Shown here piece by piece: positions 9,397-18,987 of a stretch of 64,000 bases of DNA. The DNA is from Escherichia phage MIZ4. The translations under genes were made by a program, and so were the position numbers. How positions within the stretch are numbered: the stretch's first letter is position 1; every line of letters starts with the position of its first letter. The stretch is taken from sequence record OR167180; one strand, given 5' to 3'. The notes below the pieces were generated by a model, which was given only the letters and a program-made list of their open reading frames with translations, made no database searches and was not told the origin of the DNA.

Positions 9397-9922
9397 TTTT
9401 GATACGTGATTCTAATTGGATCATACGGTCGCGCGTTTGTTTGTATTCTCGGATAGCACCGATCCGGCTAGGCATACCATCCAGTACGCTCTTAATACCT
9501 TCTAGGGTAGTAATTTTGGCAATGCTATTATGTAACCCCATCTTATCGATCAACTGAATGTCGTAGGCTTCCATAAGCAGACCCAGGCGTTCTAAAGTTA
9601 GGTCTTCTTCTTTTTCTTCCGAATCTGGAATCTTATGTTCAATAGTAACTTCGGTAAAGAAACGACGCTCACCCGACCAAAACCACACGCCGGAACAGCC
9701 AATAGGGGATTCTTTTAACGTCATAGAGTCGAAATTACTACCAATAATAGTAATTTCTCTAACATCACCATCATCGTCAAGGTCTTCTACCCTAAACGGG
9801 CGACCAGCCAACAAGTCAACAATACATCTGTTAATAGACGACGAAAATTTAGTCAGTTCGGCTTTCGACGCTTCGCATTCAATCTTGTAAGTTTTACCAA
9901 CTTCCCATTCCATAATAATCAC
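9386..9922 (-). CDS. Hypothetical protein, family A paralog
   Basis: N-terminus MEWEVGKTY; RRFFTEV block; C-terminal coiled coil. Confidence 0.6.
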   Translation of the reverse strand: MIIMEWEVGKTYKIECEASKAELTKFSSSINRCIVDLLAGRPFRVEDLDDDGDVREITIIGSNFDSMTLKESPIGCSGVWFWSGERRFFTEVTIEHKIPDSEEKEEDLTLERLGLLMEAYDIQLIDKMGLHNSIAKITTLEGIKSVLDGMPSRIGAIREYKQTRDRMIQLESRIKNER

Positions 9923-9923
9923 C

Positions 9924-10433
9924 TCAAATAATTTTCACTGGAATACTATTAACAATCTTGTATTGTACTTGATTGTCAGACCCCCGCCACGGCTTCTTCG
10001 TTGGCATATCTTTAATATAACGCCCATCGATGAACATGTCAACTGATTCTACAATTTTTCTTTGCTCATCATTCAATTGGTCAAGGGTATAACCAGACCA
10101 TAGCCAAATATCTTTATTTGGCATCCATGATTTTACTTCATCGATGATCCGCTGTACACCCTTTAAATTGCGTTTATACAGTGGATCGCCACCTAAGAAT
10201 GTTAGCCCCTGAATAAAATCAGGTCTAAGCAGATCCAGAATCAATCCCATTGTATCATCGGTGAATGGTTCCCCGTTCTTAGGATTGAGTAGGCTAGCAT
10301 TAAAGCAACCATCACATGCGTGTGAACATCCGGTAACGTAAAGGGAGACTCTCACTCCCTCACCGTTCACCATATCACAATCTTTAATATCGGCATAGCG
10401 TAGTTTGCCGTATGTATCAGAACTCATATTCAA
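9924..10433 (-). CDS. nrdG: Anaerobic ribonucleotide reductase activating protein NrdG (radical SAM)
   Basis: CxxxCxxC radical-SAM cluster motif CSHACDGCFN; LTFLGGDPL and KDIWLWSGY blocks match recalled T4 NrdG. Confidence 0.9.
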   Translation of the reverse strand: MNMSSDTYGKLRYADIKDCDMVNGEGVRVSLYVTGCSHACDGCFNASLLNPKNGEPFTDDTMGLILDLLRPDFIQGLTFLGGDPLYKRNLKGVQRIIDEVKSWMPNKDIWLWSGYTLDQLNDEQRKIVESVDMFIDGRYIKDMPTKKPWRGSDNQVQYKIVNSIPVKII

Positions 10434-10569
10434 TTACCCCGAACTCGTTTACAATCTGCGCTTTATAGTAACCACCGCGAGATGCTAATAGATAAGCTGG
10501 GCTTAGGTATTCGTATTCACGGATTTCTACTTGTGCGTTTTCAGTTTCCCAAATCAGTAAAGTCCACAT
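10417..10569 (-). CDS. Hypothetical small protein (~50 aa)
   Basis: Track ORF 10417-10644 trimmed to the ATG that follows the conserved GGAGAATCAAAT leader; the longer reading runs through the upstream promoter cassette. Confidence 0.4.
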   Translation of the reverse strand: MWTLLIWETENAQVEIREYEYLSPAYLLASRGGYYKAQIVNEFGVIEYEF

Positions 10570-10644
10570 ATTTGATTCTCCTGTAAAGTTGTATCTCGTC
10601 TTGATGAATATAGTATAGGGGATCTCGTGATCCCCGTCAAGCAT

Positions 10645-11178
10645 TTATTTTAAATTTTTTCGAATGTATTCAGACCATTCCTTCCCTGTCATTTCGGACC
10701 CATTCTGGAAACTGAAATATTCATACGGCATCGAGTCAAGATAAAACAGGATCATACATCGCGCCATATAATACCAATCACGATTAAAGTAAACTACGTT
10801 ATCGCCAGTACCATCAACCCCTTTATCATAACCATCGCGGGTACGGGCGACCCATTGAATAGTATCAGTTTTCTCACGGATAGTAACAGGTTCCCAATAT
10901 CCAGCACATCCAGCATGACCACACGAACAAGTAAGGAAATATTGACCTTTTGCTTTGTTGTCATCCCATTCACGATGAATTGGTTTGATTTCGTGAAACA
11001 GTGCCAAACAATCATGATTATGCAACACTGGCTTACCATCAATCAATGCATGGAATGTATACAAACGACCCGTAGACAAATAGCTATCCTCACGCTCAAC
11101 CAGTTCAATAGCAATCTTTTTAGCTCGTTCTTTGTGTCGTTGTGCTTTACGTTTACGGTTTAATGATTTCATAGTCAC
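10645..11178 (-). CDS. Hypothetical Cys/His-rich protein (177 aa)
   Basis: ORF track; HNHDC and CSCGHAGC clusters suggest metal binding; no confident family. Confidence 0.55.
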   Translation of the reverse strand: MTMKSLNRKRKAQRHKERAKKIAIELVEREDSYLSTGRLYTFHALIDGKPVLHNHDCLALFHEIKPIHREWDDNKAKGQYFLTCSCGHAGCAGYWEPVTIREKTDTIQWVARTRDGYDKGVDGTGDNVVYFNRDWYYMARCMILFYLDSMPYEYFSFQNGSEMTGKEWSEYIRKNLK

Positions 11179-11189
11179 CTCACATTATT

Positions 11190-11729
11190 TCAAAGATCGC
11201 GATATTGTACATTATGAAAATGAGAACTTGCATTACCAATATTGTAGATAACAAATTCTTCATCCGGCGCTTGCGCTACAAATTGAGTATGAGCAACCGC
11301 TACGACTTTAAAAATACGATCCGTGATCTTGTGCTTAATTTCTGCCCCTACTTCCATAGGAACATATTCATTTGTTTCTGTTTCAGTCGCAAAACAGCCA
11401 TCTTCTTCATAAGCACGAACAAATCGGTCGCAATCAGTACGCTTAACAAATTCAAGAGTATATAATTCTCGTGAATTGTCGGTATAGACCAATACAGAAT
11501 TATTATGATAGCGAATCACATACAGGTTATTATCATCGTCAATTACGCAAAAGCTACGGATTCCTTCGCCTTGACTCCAGCAGACATTAACCACCGTTCC
11601 TCTAATAAAAAAACTTTCCTTTAAATTAAAACTAGTCAATGTGCTAGCGTGCATTTTAACAACAACACCATCACCAATTTCCAGTTTACGAAGTTTAACT
11701 TCTTTGCTCAGTACACAAAACATCATCAT
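11190..11729 (-). CDS. Hypothetical protein (179 aa)
   Basis: ORF track; start MMMFCVLSK directly after promoter cassette at 11758-11786. Confidence 0.55.
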   Translation of the reverse strand: MMMFCVLSKEVKLRKLEIGDGVVVKMHASTLTSFNLKESFFIRGTVVNVCWSQGEGIRSFCVIDDDNNLYVIRYHNNSVLVYTDNSRELYTLEFVKRTDCDRFVRAYEEDGCFATETETNEYVPMEVGAEIKHKITDRIFKVVAVAHTQFVAQAPDEEFVIYNIGNASSHFHNVQYRDL

Positions 11730-11789
11730 GTTGTCCTCTCGTTGTTTTCGATGTGAGCATTATACATTAGCTAATCATATTGTCAACAC

Positions 11790-11821
11790 CCCAAAACGAA
11801 AAGCCGACCCTTTCGGATCGG
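11790..11821 (-). terminator. Intrinsic terminator downstream of nrdD
   Basis: Hairpin GCCGACCC-TTTCGG-ATCGGC at 11802-11821 followed on the minus strand by TTTTCGTTTTGG. Confidence 0.6.
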
Positions 11822-11828
11822 CTAAAAA

Positions 11829-13691
11829 TTACATGTGCTTAACGCGGTTTACCATCTCGGAGTGTTTCCCGTGGTTGAATGGACGCAGATCAACAGATCC
11901 AAGATATCCACTAACGCGACGGATAACATTCATCTTTTCCAGATTGTCATTGCCGCAATCAGGACAAACAAAACCAGACTCGGTCGCTCTCATTTCCTTA
12001 GTAGATCCGCATACATGACATACATCAGAAGGAGTATTAACACCGAAGTAGTGCAATTTATCCATTGCATAATCGACTACAGTTTCAAGACCTTTCAGGT
12101 TGTTTTTCATGTCTGGGAACTCAACATAAGAGATCATGCCACCGGACGCCAGCCAGTGATAATCTTTCTCAAAGTCGATTTTCTCAAATGGAGTGACTTT
12201 CCGGTCTACGTCAAGGTGGAATGAGTTTGTGTACCAGTCTTTATCGGTAGCACCCTTAACAATACCAAACTGCTCTCTGTCCAGTCGATTAAATCGATAG
12301 CAAAGGCTCTCGGCTGGCGTACCGTAAAGACTAAACCCAAGTCCGGTTTCGTCCTTCCATTTTTCAGTATAATGACGCAAGATCTTAAGAATATGTTTAC
12401 CGTATCGCTGCGCATCTTCCGAATCAAACGGATGAACACCAAACAGGACGCTCAATACCTCATGTAAACCAATATATCCAAGAGAGATACTAGCGCGACC
12501 ATCTTTCAACACTTCCAAAATTTCATCGTTTTGATGAATACGGAAAAATGCACCTTCTGTATACAGCACCGGAGCAACATTGGCTTTAGCCCCTTTTAAA
12601 GCGTCTACGCGACTCATGAGCGCATCAAAGCAAATATGCATACGATTAGCTAGCTCTTGTTCGAATAGCTCAATTCTGCGCATTACAGACGCTTTACCAG
12701 CACGACGAGCGGCAATAAGGGCAATACGCGGAAGATTCAGAGTCACAACACCTAAGTTATTACGTCCGTCTAATACTTCCTCGCCTTTCTCATTATGCCA
12801 CACACCCAGGAAGCTACGACAACCCATCGGGCTAACCGGAACACTAGATCCAGTGATGCTACGGTTATTCTTCGCAGAGATATAATCAGGGTAAAGACGC
12901 TTACTAGAACATTCCAATGCAAGTTGCTTAATGTCGTAGTTCGGATCTTCCGGTTTAAGGTTTAATCCTTCTTCTAAGAACATCACCAGCTTAGGAAACA
13001 CCGGAGTGATACCATCTTTACCTAAACCTTTAGTTCGAACGTTCAGGATCGCTTTCTGAATCAGTTTTTCTTCCCAGCTAGTACCCATACCAAAGGTTAA
13101 AGTCACAAAAGGCGTTTGACCGTTGGTGGAGAACAAAGTGTTGATTTCATATTCCAACGCTTGATACCCGTCTAGCGTTTCTTTTTCTGTCTTCTCTTGT
13201 GCATAGAGAGTATCAGCTTTGATTCCGTAGGTCTCGGCATCAGCAAGGTGTTTATGATATGTTTTCTCAACGTATGGCGCTAAAACCTGATCGATGTTTG
13301 CAATTGTGGTCCCGCCATATTGATGACTTGCCACCTGTGCGATAATTTGAGCGGTTACAGCACAAGCAACGCCGATTGATTTCGGACTTTCGATTTGTGC
13401 GCTACCCAATTTAAAACCATTCTCTAACATGTCTTTGAGATTAACAAGACAGCAGTTAGTAAACGGCATAGCGGGTGCATAATCCATATCATGATAATGA
13501 ATGTCACCGTCTACATGCGCTTTATAGATGTGCTCAGGTAACACGGTTTTAGCAATCTGTTTAGACACAGCACCAGCAATCAGATCTCGACGTGTCGGGA
13601 ATGTTCGCGCGTCTTTGTTCGCGTTCTCTTTGCTTACTTCGTTTTCTTTACCCGTTGCGATCTCTGTAATGTCTTTGATTAGTTTTTCCAT
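11829..13691 (-). CDS. nrdD: Anaerobic ribonucleoside-triphosphate reductase NrdD (glycyl radical enzyme), uninterrupted
   Basis: 620-aa ORF aligns along its length with recalled T4 NrdD; C-terminal zinc ribbon CHVCGS...CPDCG and glycyl radical motif RRVSGYLG; no intron (T4 nrdD carries a group I intron). Confidence 0.95.
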   Translation of the reverse strand: MEKLIKDITEIATGKENEVSKENANKDARTFPTRRDLIAGAVSKQIAKTVLPEHIYKAHVDGDIHYHDMDYAPAMPFTNCCLVNLKDMLENGFKLGSAQIESPKSIGVACAVTAQIIAQVASHQYGGTTIANIDQVLAPYVEKTYHKHLADAETYGIKADTLYAQEKTEKETLDGYQALEYEINTLFSTNGQTPFVTLTFGMGTSWEEKLIQKAILNVRTKGLGKDGITPVFPKLVMFLEEGLNLKPEDPNYDIKQLALECSSKRLYPDYISAKNNRSITGSSVPVSPMGCRSFLGVWHNEKGEEVLDGRNNLGVVTLNLPRIALIAARRAGKASVMRRIELFEQELANRMHICFDALMSRVDALKGAKANVAPVLYTEGAFFRIHQNDEILEVLKDGRASISLGYIGLHEVLSVLFGVHPFDSEDAQRYGKHILKILRHYTEKWKDETGLGFSLYGTPAESLCYRFNRLDREQFGIVKGATDKDWYTNSFHLDVDRKVTPFEKIDFEKDYHWLASGGMISYVEFPDMKNNLKGLETVVDYAMDKLHYFGVNTPSDVCHVCGSTKEMRATESGFVCPDCGNDNLEKMNVIRRVSGYLGSVDLRPFNHGKHSEMVNRVKHM

Positions 13692-13702
13692 TGTATCACC
13701 TA

Positions 13703-13726
13703 TGAAAAAGCGGGATTTCTCCCGCT
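13703..13726 (-). terminator. Hairpin/weak terminator between ORF 13736-14230 and nrdD
   Basis: AGCGGGA-TTTCT-CCCGCT hairpin at 13709-13726 followed on the minus strand by a 5-nt U run. Confidence 0.4.
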
Positions 13727-13735
13727 CGTTGATAG

Positions 13736-14230
13736 TTATTTTACCAGTTCTGCTAATTCTTTTTCCGCCGCTTCCAGTTCAGCTTTAAGCTGTTTAATCT
13801 CTTGTCGCTTCTTATTAGCGGCTTCCTGCTTACTATTTCGGATAACCTGATCTAGATACAACTCCCAATCCTGAATATTTTTGATAATGTATCCGTCAAC
13901 ATTAATTGGTCGGAGATTCAGTACAGCTTCCAGTTTAGTCGCAAAAACTTTAATTGCTGGTGTGAAGTATTCATATTCGTTATCTTCAAACCAATAACCT
14001 AGACTTGCATTATCAATACGAAGACGAAGTTTAAGATCAAGGTCTTTATCGTCGGTGTAAAGATCTTTCACCTGCCCCATCGAGCTAACAACAACTTTAA
14101 AACGAATTTTATCTACACCGCCAAAAACATCTTCAAGAATATCAGCAATTGAGCTATTAGCGCAAGATTGGTCGCTGAATGCGTCAAGGTTTTCTTTAGT
14201 TACAGTATACCAAACATCTTGTACCCACAT
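13736..14230 (-). CDS. Hypothetical protein with C-terminal coiled coil (164 aa)
   Basis: ORF track; C-terminal KQLKAELEAAEKELAELVK; weak resemblance to family A/B. Confidence 0.55.
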   Translation of the reverse strand: MWVQDVWYTVTKENLDAFSDQSCANSSIADILEDVFGGVDKIRFKVVVSSMGQVKDLYTDDKDLDLKLRLRIDNASLGYWFEDNEYEYFTPAIKVFATKLEAVLNLRPINVDGYIIKNIQDWELYLDQVIRNSKQEAANKKRQEIKQLKAELEAAEKELAELVK

Positions 14231-14260
14231 AATATAATCCTCTCGTTGTTAAGTGGGAGT

Positions 14261-14288
14261 ATTATAGCATACTCCCTTCGCATGTCAA
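14261..14288 (-). promoter_or_regulatory. Sigma70-type early promoter (repeated cassette) for ORF 13736-14230
   Basis: Minus-strand TTGACA (14283-14288), 16-nt spacer, TATAAT (14261-14266); -10 lies inside palindrome GGGAGTAT..ATACTCCC. Confidence 0.5.
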
Positions 14289-15463
14289 GCACTAACTTTT
14301 TTCTTTACTGCTTTCACCTTCTGGCGAATTGCTCGAATCTCTTCGATCTCTTTTTCAGTATCTTTAACAATTTCTTTGCGATTCTGAATATCTTTATCGA
14401 GATTATCATCAAGTTTAGGCAGCATGTCAATCAAGAACTTTTTAAGGTCTTTCAGGTTGCGAATAACAGTACCTTCACCCATTACCGCCACGCCTACACC
14501 ATCCGGCAGATCACCAAACAGTTTAACCAGTTCAGACAGATGATCATGATCTTCTAGTGCTTCTTCCGGTTCAGATGGCAGTTCAACAAAGTAATAACGT
14601 TCATCATTGCTGATCAGGTGATACCAGCAAAGCCCAAAAGATTTAGGAGTATATTCTACACCACCAACTTCAACTGCGTCAACACTTCCATAATCATCTA
14701 CTTTAGTTACCTTAAATCCTTGTCCCAGCTTTTGAACAATTTCAACAACATGACTTGATACAGTTTCAGCGGTAAACCAATATGGCAAATTATGCTGATT
14801 TGGCTTGTAGCGTTCACCTACTTTAAATCTCTGACCAGCCGCTTGCATAGAATGAAATTGTTGTTTCGTGATTTCCGCGAAGTATTCAAATTCGCCACCA
14901 TCAAACACACAAGCCCATTGATCACAAAAACGATCTGCCTTAACAGTTTCACCTTTCGCGGTGATCATGGTAGCTGATCCGTGCAATTCTTCTTCAACTA
15001 AAAAGCCATATTCGACAAAATCAACAAGTTTCATAGCTTCTTTGTGATCTGGATCATGCTCTCCCCAGAATCGCTTAAATTCTTGCAAACCTTCTGGGGT
15101 AAACGAATAACATTTACCTTTTTCAAAGTAAGTCGGCATTGCATCCTCTTTCTTGTTCATCGCTTCGTATGCCTCTTTTGAGATGCGTTTAAAGTATTTA
15201 CGCTCATTGTGCATAATCATAGTAGCCCAATAATCAACAATATCATTAGCGGAATAAACTACATCTCCAGCTTCAATAGTAATAACATGACCGTGGTCAT
15301 CTTTTTCTAATACTTTAAAGCCCTTTTCTACGATTTCAGCAACTCGAATATGACCACGGCGCGAAGCATCGGTCAGAATAATTGAATAGCGAGAAAAGTC
15401 TAGAAACTCATCTTTACCGCCTTCACGGAATGCATAGTAATGACCTTCAAAGAATTTAGCCAT
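14285..15463 (-). CDS. Hypothetical protein (392 aa), family B, several domain repeats plus C-terminal coiled coil
   Basis: Contains NERKYFKRISK block shared with 15527-16105, and repeated F.KG..Y.F / GFKV..VD..G modules. Confidence 0.6.
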   Translation of the reverse strand: MAKFFEGHYYAFREGGKDEFLDFSRYSIILTDASRRGHIRVAEIVEKGFKVLEKDDHGHVITIEAGDVVYSANDIVDYWATMIMHNERKYFKRISKEAYEAMNKKEDAMPTYFEKGKCYSFTPEGLQEFKRFWGEHDPDHKEAMKLVDFVEYGFLVEEELHGSATMITAKGETVKADRFCDQWACVFDGGEFEYFAEITKQQFHSMQAAGQRFKVGERYKPNQHNLPYWFTAETVSSHVVEIVQKLGQGFKVTKVDDYGSVDAVEVGGVEYTPKSFGLCWYHLISNDERYYFVELPSEPEEALEDHDHLSELVKLFGDLPDGVGVAVMGEGTVIRNLKDLKKFLIDMLPKLDDNLDKDIQNRKEIVKDTEKEIEEIRAIRQKVKAVKKKVSA

Positions 15464-15526
15464 AATATAATCCTCTCGTTGTTTAGATGGGAGTATCTTA
15501 CTACTCCCGTTTCATCATGTCAAGCG

Positions 15527-16105
15527 TTAAAGTGACTTTTTAATCTCTTTCAGTTCTTCCACTTTCTCGGCGCTGAATTTAGCGTAGGTATCATGTCGAA
15601 TAATTTCACTTTCAAGAAAGGTTTCCAGTCGAGATCTATTTTCAATAAGGAACTCTTTCAGGTCTTCCGCGTTCTTGACAAAGATTTTATTGTCGGTAAT
15701 GTCATCTTCAATCGCAAAGGAGATAGAGCGAACTTTACCAAACAAGTTAATCAGATCTTCCAGAGATTCTTCTTTCTTAACTGGTTTCATTTCTTCAAAC
15801 TGCTTTTTAGTGATGCGTTTAAAGTATTTGCGCTCGTTTGCAGCAATCAGAACAGATGCACCTTCATACCCATGAGTTTCTACCAGATACACACGCCCCA
15901 TCGCATCAACAGTGAGAACTTTAAAGCCGTTACAAAGCACGTCATACAAGAACTTATTATGTTGCGGACATCGTTTGATAAATTCTGCGGCTGTTTCTGC
16001 ACTACGGAAAGTGTAATAACGACCTCGTTCAAAAACAGCATCATTTGAAGACTTAGCCGGATACAATTTATACATTTTCTGTACCATAATATAATCCTCT
16101 ATCAT
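15527..16105 (-). CDS. Hypothetical protein (192 aa), family B paralog
   Basis: GRYYTFRS...GFKVLTVDAMGRV...ANERKYFKRITKKQFEEM; C-terminal coiled coil. Confidence 0.6.
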   Translation of the reverse strand: MIEDYIMVQKMYKLYPAKSSNDAVFERGRYYTFRSAETAAEFIKRCPQHNKFLYDVLCNGFKVLTVDAMGRVYLVETHGYEGASVLIAANERKYFKRITKKQFEEMKPVKKEESLEDLINLFGKVRSISFAIEDDITDNKIFVKNAEDLKEFLIENRSRLETFLESEIIRHDTYAKFSAEKVEELKEIKKSL

Positions 16106-16374
16106 TTCACTAATTGAACAGCACGAAACAGAATGCGGTCACACGGAAGCAGCATAAATTCCCAACGCGGATCAAAGTCTTTAGCGGTGTATGTTTTCCC
16201 ATCAACAGAGATTTCACTTACATAACCAATAGGTGACACTTTAAGAACAGTAAATCCATTCTTGATTGCTTCGTAGGTATCTTTCAGACCTTCGTAGTCA
16301 TCCTCTAGGAAGTCTTTACGTGCTTGCTCAGATTTAAAAACATAGGCCACACCAGCTTTAAACATCTTACGCAT
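16102..16374 (-). CDS. Hypothetical protein (90 aa), single family A/B domain
   Basis: FKAGVAYVFKS...GFTVLKVSPIGYVSEISVDGKTYTAKDF...ILFRAV. Confidence 0.55.
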   Translation of the reverse strand: MRKMFKAGVAYVFKSEQARKDFLEDDYEGLKDTYEAIKNGFTVLKVSPIGYVSEISVDGKTYTAKDFDPRWEFMLLPCDRILFRAVQLVK

Positions 16375-16437
16375 TGTTGATTCTCCTTCTTGATTAGATG
16401 GGAGTATTTTACTACTCCCGTTTCATGTTGTCAACTC

Positions 16438-16926
16438 CTATCTTAATCTTTGTATGAATTGTTTCTTATACTTCTTCGTGATTTCTTCTCGTGTATCAGC
16501 GTCGCAGTATTCGAAACCTTCTGCGTCCATAATATCAACCATCTCCGCGCGTGTCAAGCGTGAAAATCGTTTTACTTTATCAACAGCATATTGAGGATGT
16601 AAATGATTGTTGGTGTAGTCTCCTTTGATGTAATTAACATAGTTTGTAGCCCAAACAACGAAATCAGCACCTAAAGCACCAACACCAAACCGTTTAAAGT
16701 CTCCGGTCAACGATCCTTCTAGGCGGTTGCAACACGAATGAAGCAATCCCCTTACGCGGCCTTGCCCTTTCCCATCTAGATCATGATCATGGTCAAGATG
16801 GTTTTTGCTCATATCCTCAAAAAGTGGCAATTGACAAAGGGGGCAAATGCCCCCCTGTTTTTCGAATAGTTCTTGTTTGTACTCTTTAGCACTCTTAGCA
16901 GTCAGTAACATAAATTCACCCTCCAA
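16438..16926 (-). CDS. 49: Endonuclease VII (Holliday junction resolvase gp49)
   Basis: NHLDHDHDLDGKGQGRVRGLL, KGDYTNNHLHP and FSRL blocks match recalled T4 endo VII; zinc-binding Cys pattern. Confidence 0.9.
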   Translation of the reverse strand: MEGEFMLLTAKSAKEYKQELFEKQGGICPLCQLPLFEDMSKNHLDHDHDLDGKGQGRVRGLLHSCCNRLEGSLTGDFKRFGVGALGADFVVWATNYVNYIKGDYTNNHLHPQYAVDKVKRFSRLTRAEMVDIMDAEGFEYCDADTREEITKKYKKQFIQRLR

Positions 16927-16935
16927 AGAAGGTAT

Positions 16936-17229
16936 TTAACCATTAATCTTGTTTTTGACTACAAAGGATCTGAACTCATCAAAACCACCTATATAATCAC
17001 CATTATAGAAAATCTGCGGCATGGTGGCAATAACTTCTACCCCTGCGCGATCCTGAATGTCGGCAATGATAGAATCAATCTTTACCGGACGACCGTTTTC
17101 GTCCACACCATCATTAACCGGAATGTAGATGTAAGGGATCTTACGCGATTCACAAAGGCGCTTTGCATTCTGGCAATACTTACAGTTGTAACCTTCAAAA
17201 CCAAAAATTTCTACCATGTTATACCTCAA
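16936..17229 (-). CDS. nrdC: Thioredoxin/glutaredoxin NrdC
   Basis: CKYCQNAKRL (T4 CVYCDNAKRL) and TMPQIF...IGGFDEFR match recalled T4 NrdC. Confidence 0.8.
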   Translation of the reverse strand: MRYNMVEIFGFEGYNCKYCQNAKRLCESRKIPYIYIPVNDGVDENGRPVKIDSIIADIQDRAGVEVIATMPQIFYNGDYIGGFDEFRSFVVKNKING

Positions 17230-18038
17230 TCTACGTTAGTTACATAAACTTCTTGCGTATCAGAAGACTTACCACCTGAACGATCTAGGCAATAGGTCTT
17301 ATTCAACAAGACGCAGTTTAAATCATTCCGCTTGATAAAGTCAAGAAGATGATCATTTACCTTTCCCTTATGATGTGTGACATTACTGATACCAAACTGA
17401 AAACCACGCGCCATAATAGATTCTACCCACTGATAGAATTTAATCTCTTCTTCTTCACTCCAGAACTTATTATATTCTGCCGATGTGATCCAATATGGCG
17501 GGTCCAAATAAACGAAATCACCTGGCAAGATCTCGATCTCGTCATAGCGACCAGACGTAAAACTGATTCGACCGTCTTTGTTTTCTTCCTTAAAATTCAG
17601 GACACGCTCTACCGCGTTTTCGTTAAAAGTCCGGCGACCAAAATTAGCATTAAATTCTCCCTTCCTGTTATGGCGGTTAATGTTGCTAAAACTGTGCTGA
17701 ATCAGAACAAACAGAGATAGCGGATCTGGATTCTCATTATACTTCTTACGGAATGCCATGTAAGCGTCTTTATCTTCGCGAGACAAACCATTTTCGGCAA
17801 TAATACGCTTGATCGTAGAAACCGGATCAGGACACTCGTCAATCGCTTTGTACGCGTCAATTAAGCGGTGATCATAGTCATTAGCCAGCACATCCCCTTC
17901 TACGTACAGAGACACGCTCAAGCCACCACAAAAGGCATCGACAAAGCGGTTATAGTGCTTAGGGAAATACTTACTAACACCAGGCAATAACTTTTCCTTA
18001 TTGCCCGTATAGGGAATTAAACCTAATGCTTTCTTCAT
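17226..18038 (-). CDS. dam: DNA N6-adenine methyltransferase Dam
   Basis: YTGNKEKLLP, FVDAFCGGLSVSL (AdoMet motif), GDFVYLDPPYWITSAEYNKFWSEEEE (DPPY) match recalled T4 Dam. Confidence 0.9.
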   Translation of the reverse strand: MKKALGLIPYTGNKEKLLPGVSKYFPKHYNRFVDAFCGGLSVSLYVEGDVLANDYDHRLIDAYKAIDECPDPVSTIKRIIAENGLSREDKDAYMAFRKKYNENPDPLSLFVLIQHSFSNINRHNRKGEFNANFGRRTFNENAVERVLNFKEENKDGRISFTSGRYDEIEILPGDFVYLDPPYWITSAEYNKFWSEEEEIKFYQWVESIMARGFQFGISNVTHHKGKVNDHLLDFIKRNDLNCVLLNKTYCLDRSGGKSSDTQEVYVTNVD

Positions 18039-18469
18039 TATCCCTTCCTCAAATAAGTTCGCTCAATCTCTACCAGTTCGAAAAATTCATCCCAATCACA
18101 CGGAAAGTTGCAGTTTCCAAAATGGTCTTCGTTATAGAGTTCTTTACCGGATGGCAGCTTAATATCTGTTACAGTATACCAACCGCAACAATCGCAATCA
18201 CCCTCAGCAACAGAAACCTTCGTAGGAATTTGCATCATTGCCAGATAGGTCGGTACGTCAGACTGCTCAAAGATCATGTAACCTTCATGGTCAAACGAGA
18301 CAAAATTGTCATCACCCAAAAAAGGAATGTAATGGTCATAATCGGTTACAGGTTGACCGTGCAATTCCCATTCTACAATTTTAACATTACCACTAAACTT
18401 TATACCCATCATATCAACCATAAAATGGGTATCATCAATGTAAATCTTACTAGGAGTTGGATAAACCAT
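18038..18469 (-). CDS. Hypothetical protein (143 aa)
   Basis: ORF track; compact minus-strand array. Confidence 0.5.
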   Translation of the reverse strand: MVYPTPSKIYIDDTHFMVDMMGIKFSGNVKIVEWELHGQPVTDYDHYIPFLGDDNFVSFDHEGYMIFEQSDVPTYLAMMQIPTKVSVAEGDCDCCGWYTVTDIKLPSGKELYNEDHFGNCNFPCDWDEFFELVEIERTYLRKG

Positions 18470-18479
18470 TATATAATCC

Positions 18480-18776
18480 TCATATCTCAGAGAATAGAAT
18501 CTCTGTTAGCTTCACTGACTGCTCTCTGAATGTTAGCGTATACTCGAAAGGAAAGTCAACACCTAATTTCAGAAGAGAATAGCCTACCGCCTCTTTATGC
18601 TTATCGGTTAGGGCGATCCTAACCAATTCCCGTTGAATCTCTTTAGGAGGTGAATGGATAGTAACACGGGTATCATGCAATGTCCAGTCACCATTACGAA
18701 TCAAGATTAACGGTTTATCGTCATTGAAGATCACCGACCCCTTTCCGGTCGGTGAGTGTTTTATACTAATCATCAA
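18480..18776 (-). CDS. Hypothetical protein (98 aa)
   Basis: ORF track. Confidence 0.5.
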   Translation of the reverse strand: MMISIKHSPTGKGSVIFNDDKPLILIRNGDWTLHDTRVTIHSPPKEIQRELVRIALTDKHKEAVGYSLLKLGVDFPFEYTLTFREQSVKLTEILFSEI

Positions 18777-18987
18777 ATTCTAAGAAATATTCTGGAACGA
18801 TATAACCGTTAAAGTCATTACACTTATAAAAATGTGGTGCATTTAATGCTGGATGAGCATTAGTAAAGAGTTTACCCTCTAGAAACAGAATGTAATTAAT
18901 AGGTCTAATACCTACAGAATCAGGGTCTAAACCTTTTTCTTTCAGTTCAGCCAGCGTTAAAACTCGTCCAGATCGTAACTTAGCCAT
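18766..18987 (-). CDS. Hypothetical protein (73 aa)
   Basis: ORF track. Confidence 0.45.
   Translation of the reverse strand: MAKLRSGRVLTLAELKEKGLDPDSVGIRPINYILFLEGKLFTNAHPALNAPHFYKCNDFNGYIVPEYFLEFDD

Noticed and set aside
11829-13691. Possible group I intron in nrdD, as in T4
   Set aside because: The NrdD reading frame is continuous over 620 aa with conserved blocks in order and no internal stop, so there is no evidence of an intron or intein.
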